Under the pieces are notes generated by a model. It had not been told where the DNA came from. It was given only the letters and a program-made list of their open reading frames with translations, and ran no database searches. The translations under genes and the position numbers were made by a program. A DNA stretch of 64,000 bases from Spirochaetia bacterium (GTDB lineage: Bacteria > Spirochaetota > Spirochaetia > SZUA-6 > Bin103): NCBI GenBank assembly GCA_965198005.1, contig CBDAOI010000004.1, forward strand, positions 1,376,001-1,440,000. The letters run 5' to 3'. Positions 63,299 through 64,000 of the stretch are shown here, piece by piece; positions within the stretch are counted from its first letter, which is position 1; every line of letters starts with the position of its first letter.

Positions 63299-64000
63299 AT
63301 GGCAAGCTACATCGGCCAATCGGTCAAACGCGTCGAGGACCGGCGGTTCCTTACCGGCAAGGCCCGCTACACCGACGACATCAAGCTGCCCGGCATGACC
63401 TTCGCCGCCATCGTACGCAGCCCGCACGCGCACGCCACGATCAACAGCGTGGACATCGCGGCGGCGCTGGCGGCCGACGGCGTGGTAGCCGCGTTCACGG
63501 GGCAGGATCTGGCCGACGCGGGCGTCGGCGGGTTGCCCTGCGGCTGGCAGGTGGACTTCAAGAACGGCGACACCATGAAGGAGCCGCCGCACCCGGTGCT
63601 GGCGGTCGGCAAGGTGCGCCACGTCGGCGACCCGGTGGCGATCGTGATCGCCGAGACCCGTGATCAGGCGCGGGACGCCGCCGAGCTGGTCACGGTCGAC
63701 TACGGCGAGCTGCCGGCCGCGGTCGCCATGGTGGCTGCCACCGCCGACGGCGCCCCCCTGGTGCACGACGACGTGCCCAACAACATACCGTTCGACTGGG
63801 GACTCGGCGATCAGGAGGCTGCCGCGACGGCGCTGGCCGGCGCCGCGCACGTCACCACGCTGGAGATCACCAATCAGCGCCTGGTGCCGAACGCCATCGA
63901 GCCGCGCTGCGCGATCGGCGACTACGATGCGGCGCGCGATCACTACACGCTCTACACTTCATCCCAGAACCCGCACCTGATTCGGCTGCTGCTCACCGCG
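63299..64000 (+). CDS. Molybdopterin large subunit of CO/xanthine dehydrogenase family (partial)
   Basis: MASYIGQSVKRVEDRRFLTGKARYTDD, RSPHAHA, PNAIEPR, SQNPH. Confidence 0.93.
   Translation, partial: MASYIGQSVKRVEDRRFLTGKARYTDDIKLPGMTFAAIVRSPHAHATINSVDIAAALAADGVVAAFTGQDLADAGVGGLPCGWQVDFKNGDTMKEPPHPVLAVGKVRHVGDPVAIVIAETRDQARDAAELVTVDYGELPAAVAMVAATADGAPLVHDDVPNNIPFDWGLGDQEAAATALAGAAHVTTLEITNQRLVPNAIEPRCAIGDYDAARDHYTLYTSSQNPHLIRLLLTA

Noticed and set aside
63299-64000. Bona fide form I CO dehydrogenase (coxL)
   Set aside because: The active-site motif lies outside the window, so only family-level assignment is possible

Overview
High-GC bacterial chromosomal window. Signal peptides of the 'GLWA(A/S)G' type on the solute-binding proteins and an archaeal-type ProRS suggest a Spirochaetota-like host (inference). 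Positions 1-44.7 kb form an accessory, decaying region. It holds three paralogous family-5 (peptide/nickel-type) ABC importer operons (SBP-DppB-DppC, no ATPase seen) and several shattered copies, an IS1595 inside one SBP gene, a group II intron, IS110 remnants, six toxin-antitoxin modules or remnants, and many genes collapsed by internal deletions. Positions 44.7-64 kb are mostly housekeeping: M16C peptidase, hpt, proS, ftsI-like, guaB, serS, cysG-N, coxG/S/L-like. The most interesting signal is non-coding. All three full-length SBP genes share a leader with a strong SD, an 11-codon uORF (M[IV]LKEPHxRAA) and mutually exclusive, co-varying RNA stems. Two of these leaders, plus one orphan locus, carry further upstream a variable poly-C tract and a conserved motif. 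Two of the poly-C loci are preceded by tandem arrays of ~115-147 bp units, each with a TTGAC-type promoter and palindromes. Together these look like an undescribed, duplicated expression/attenuation cassette for a diversified SBP family. Some frameshifts may be assembly errors.
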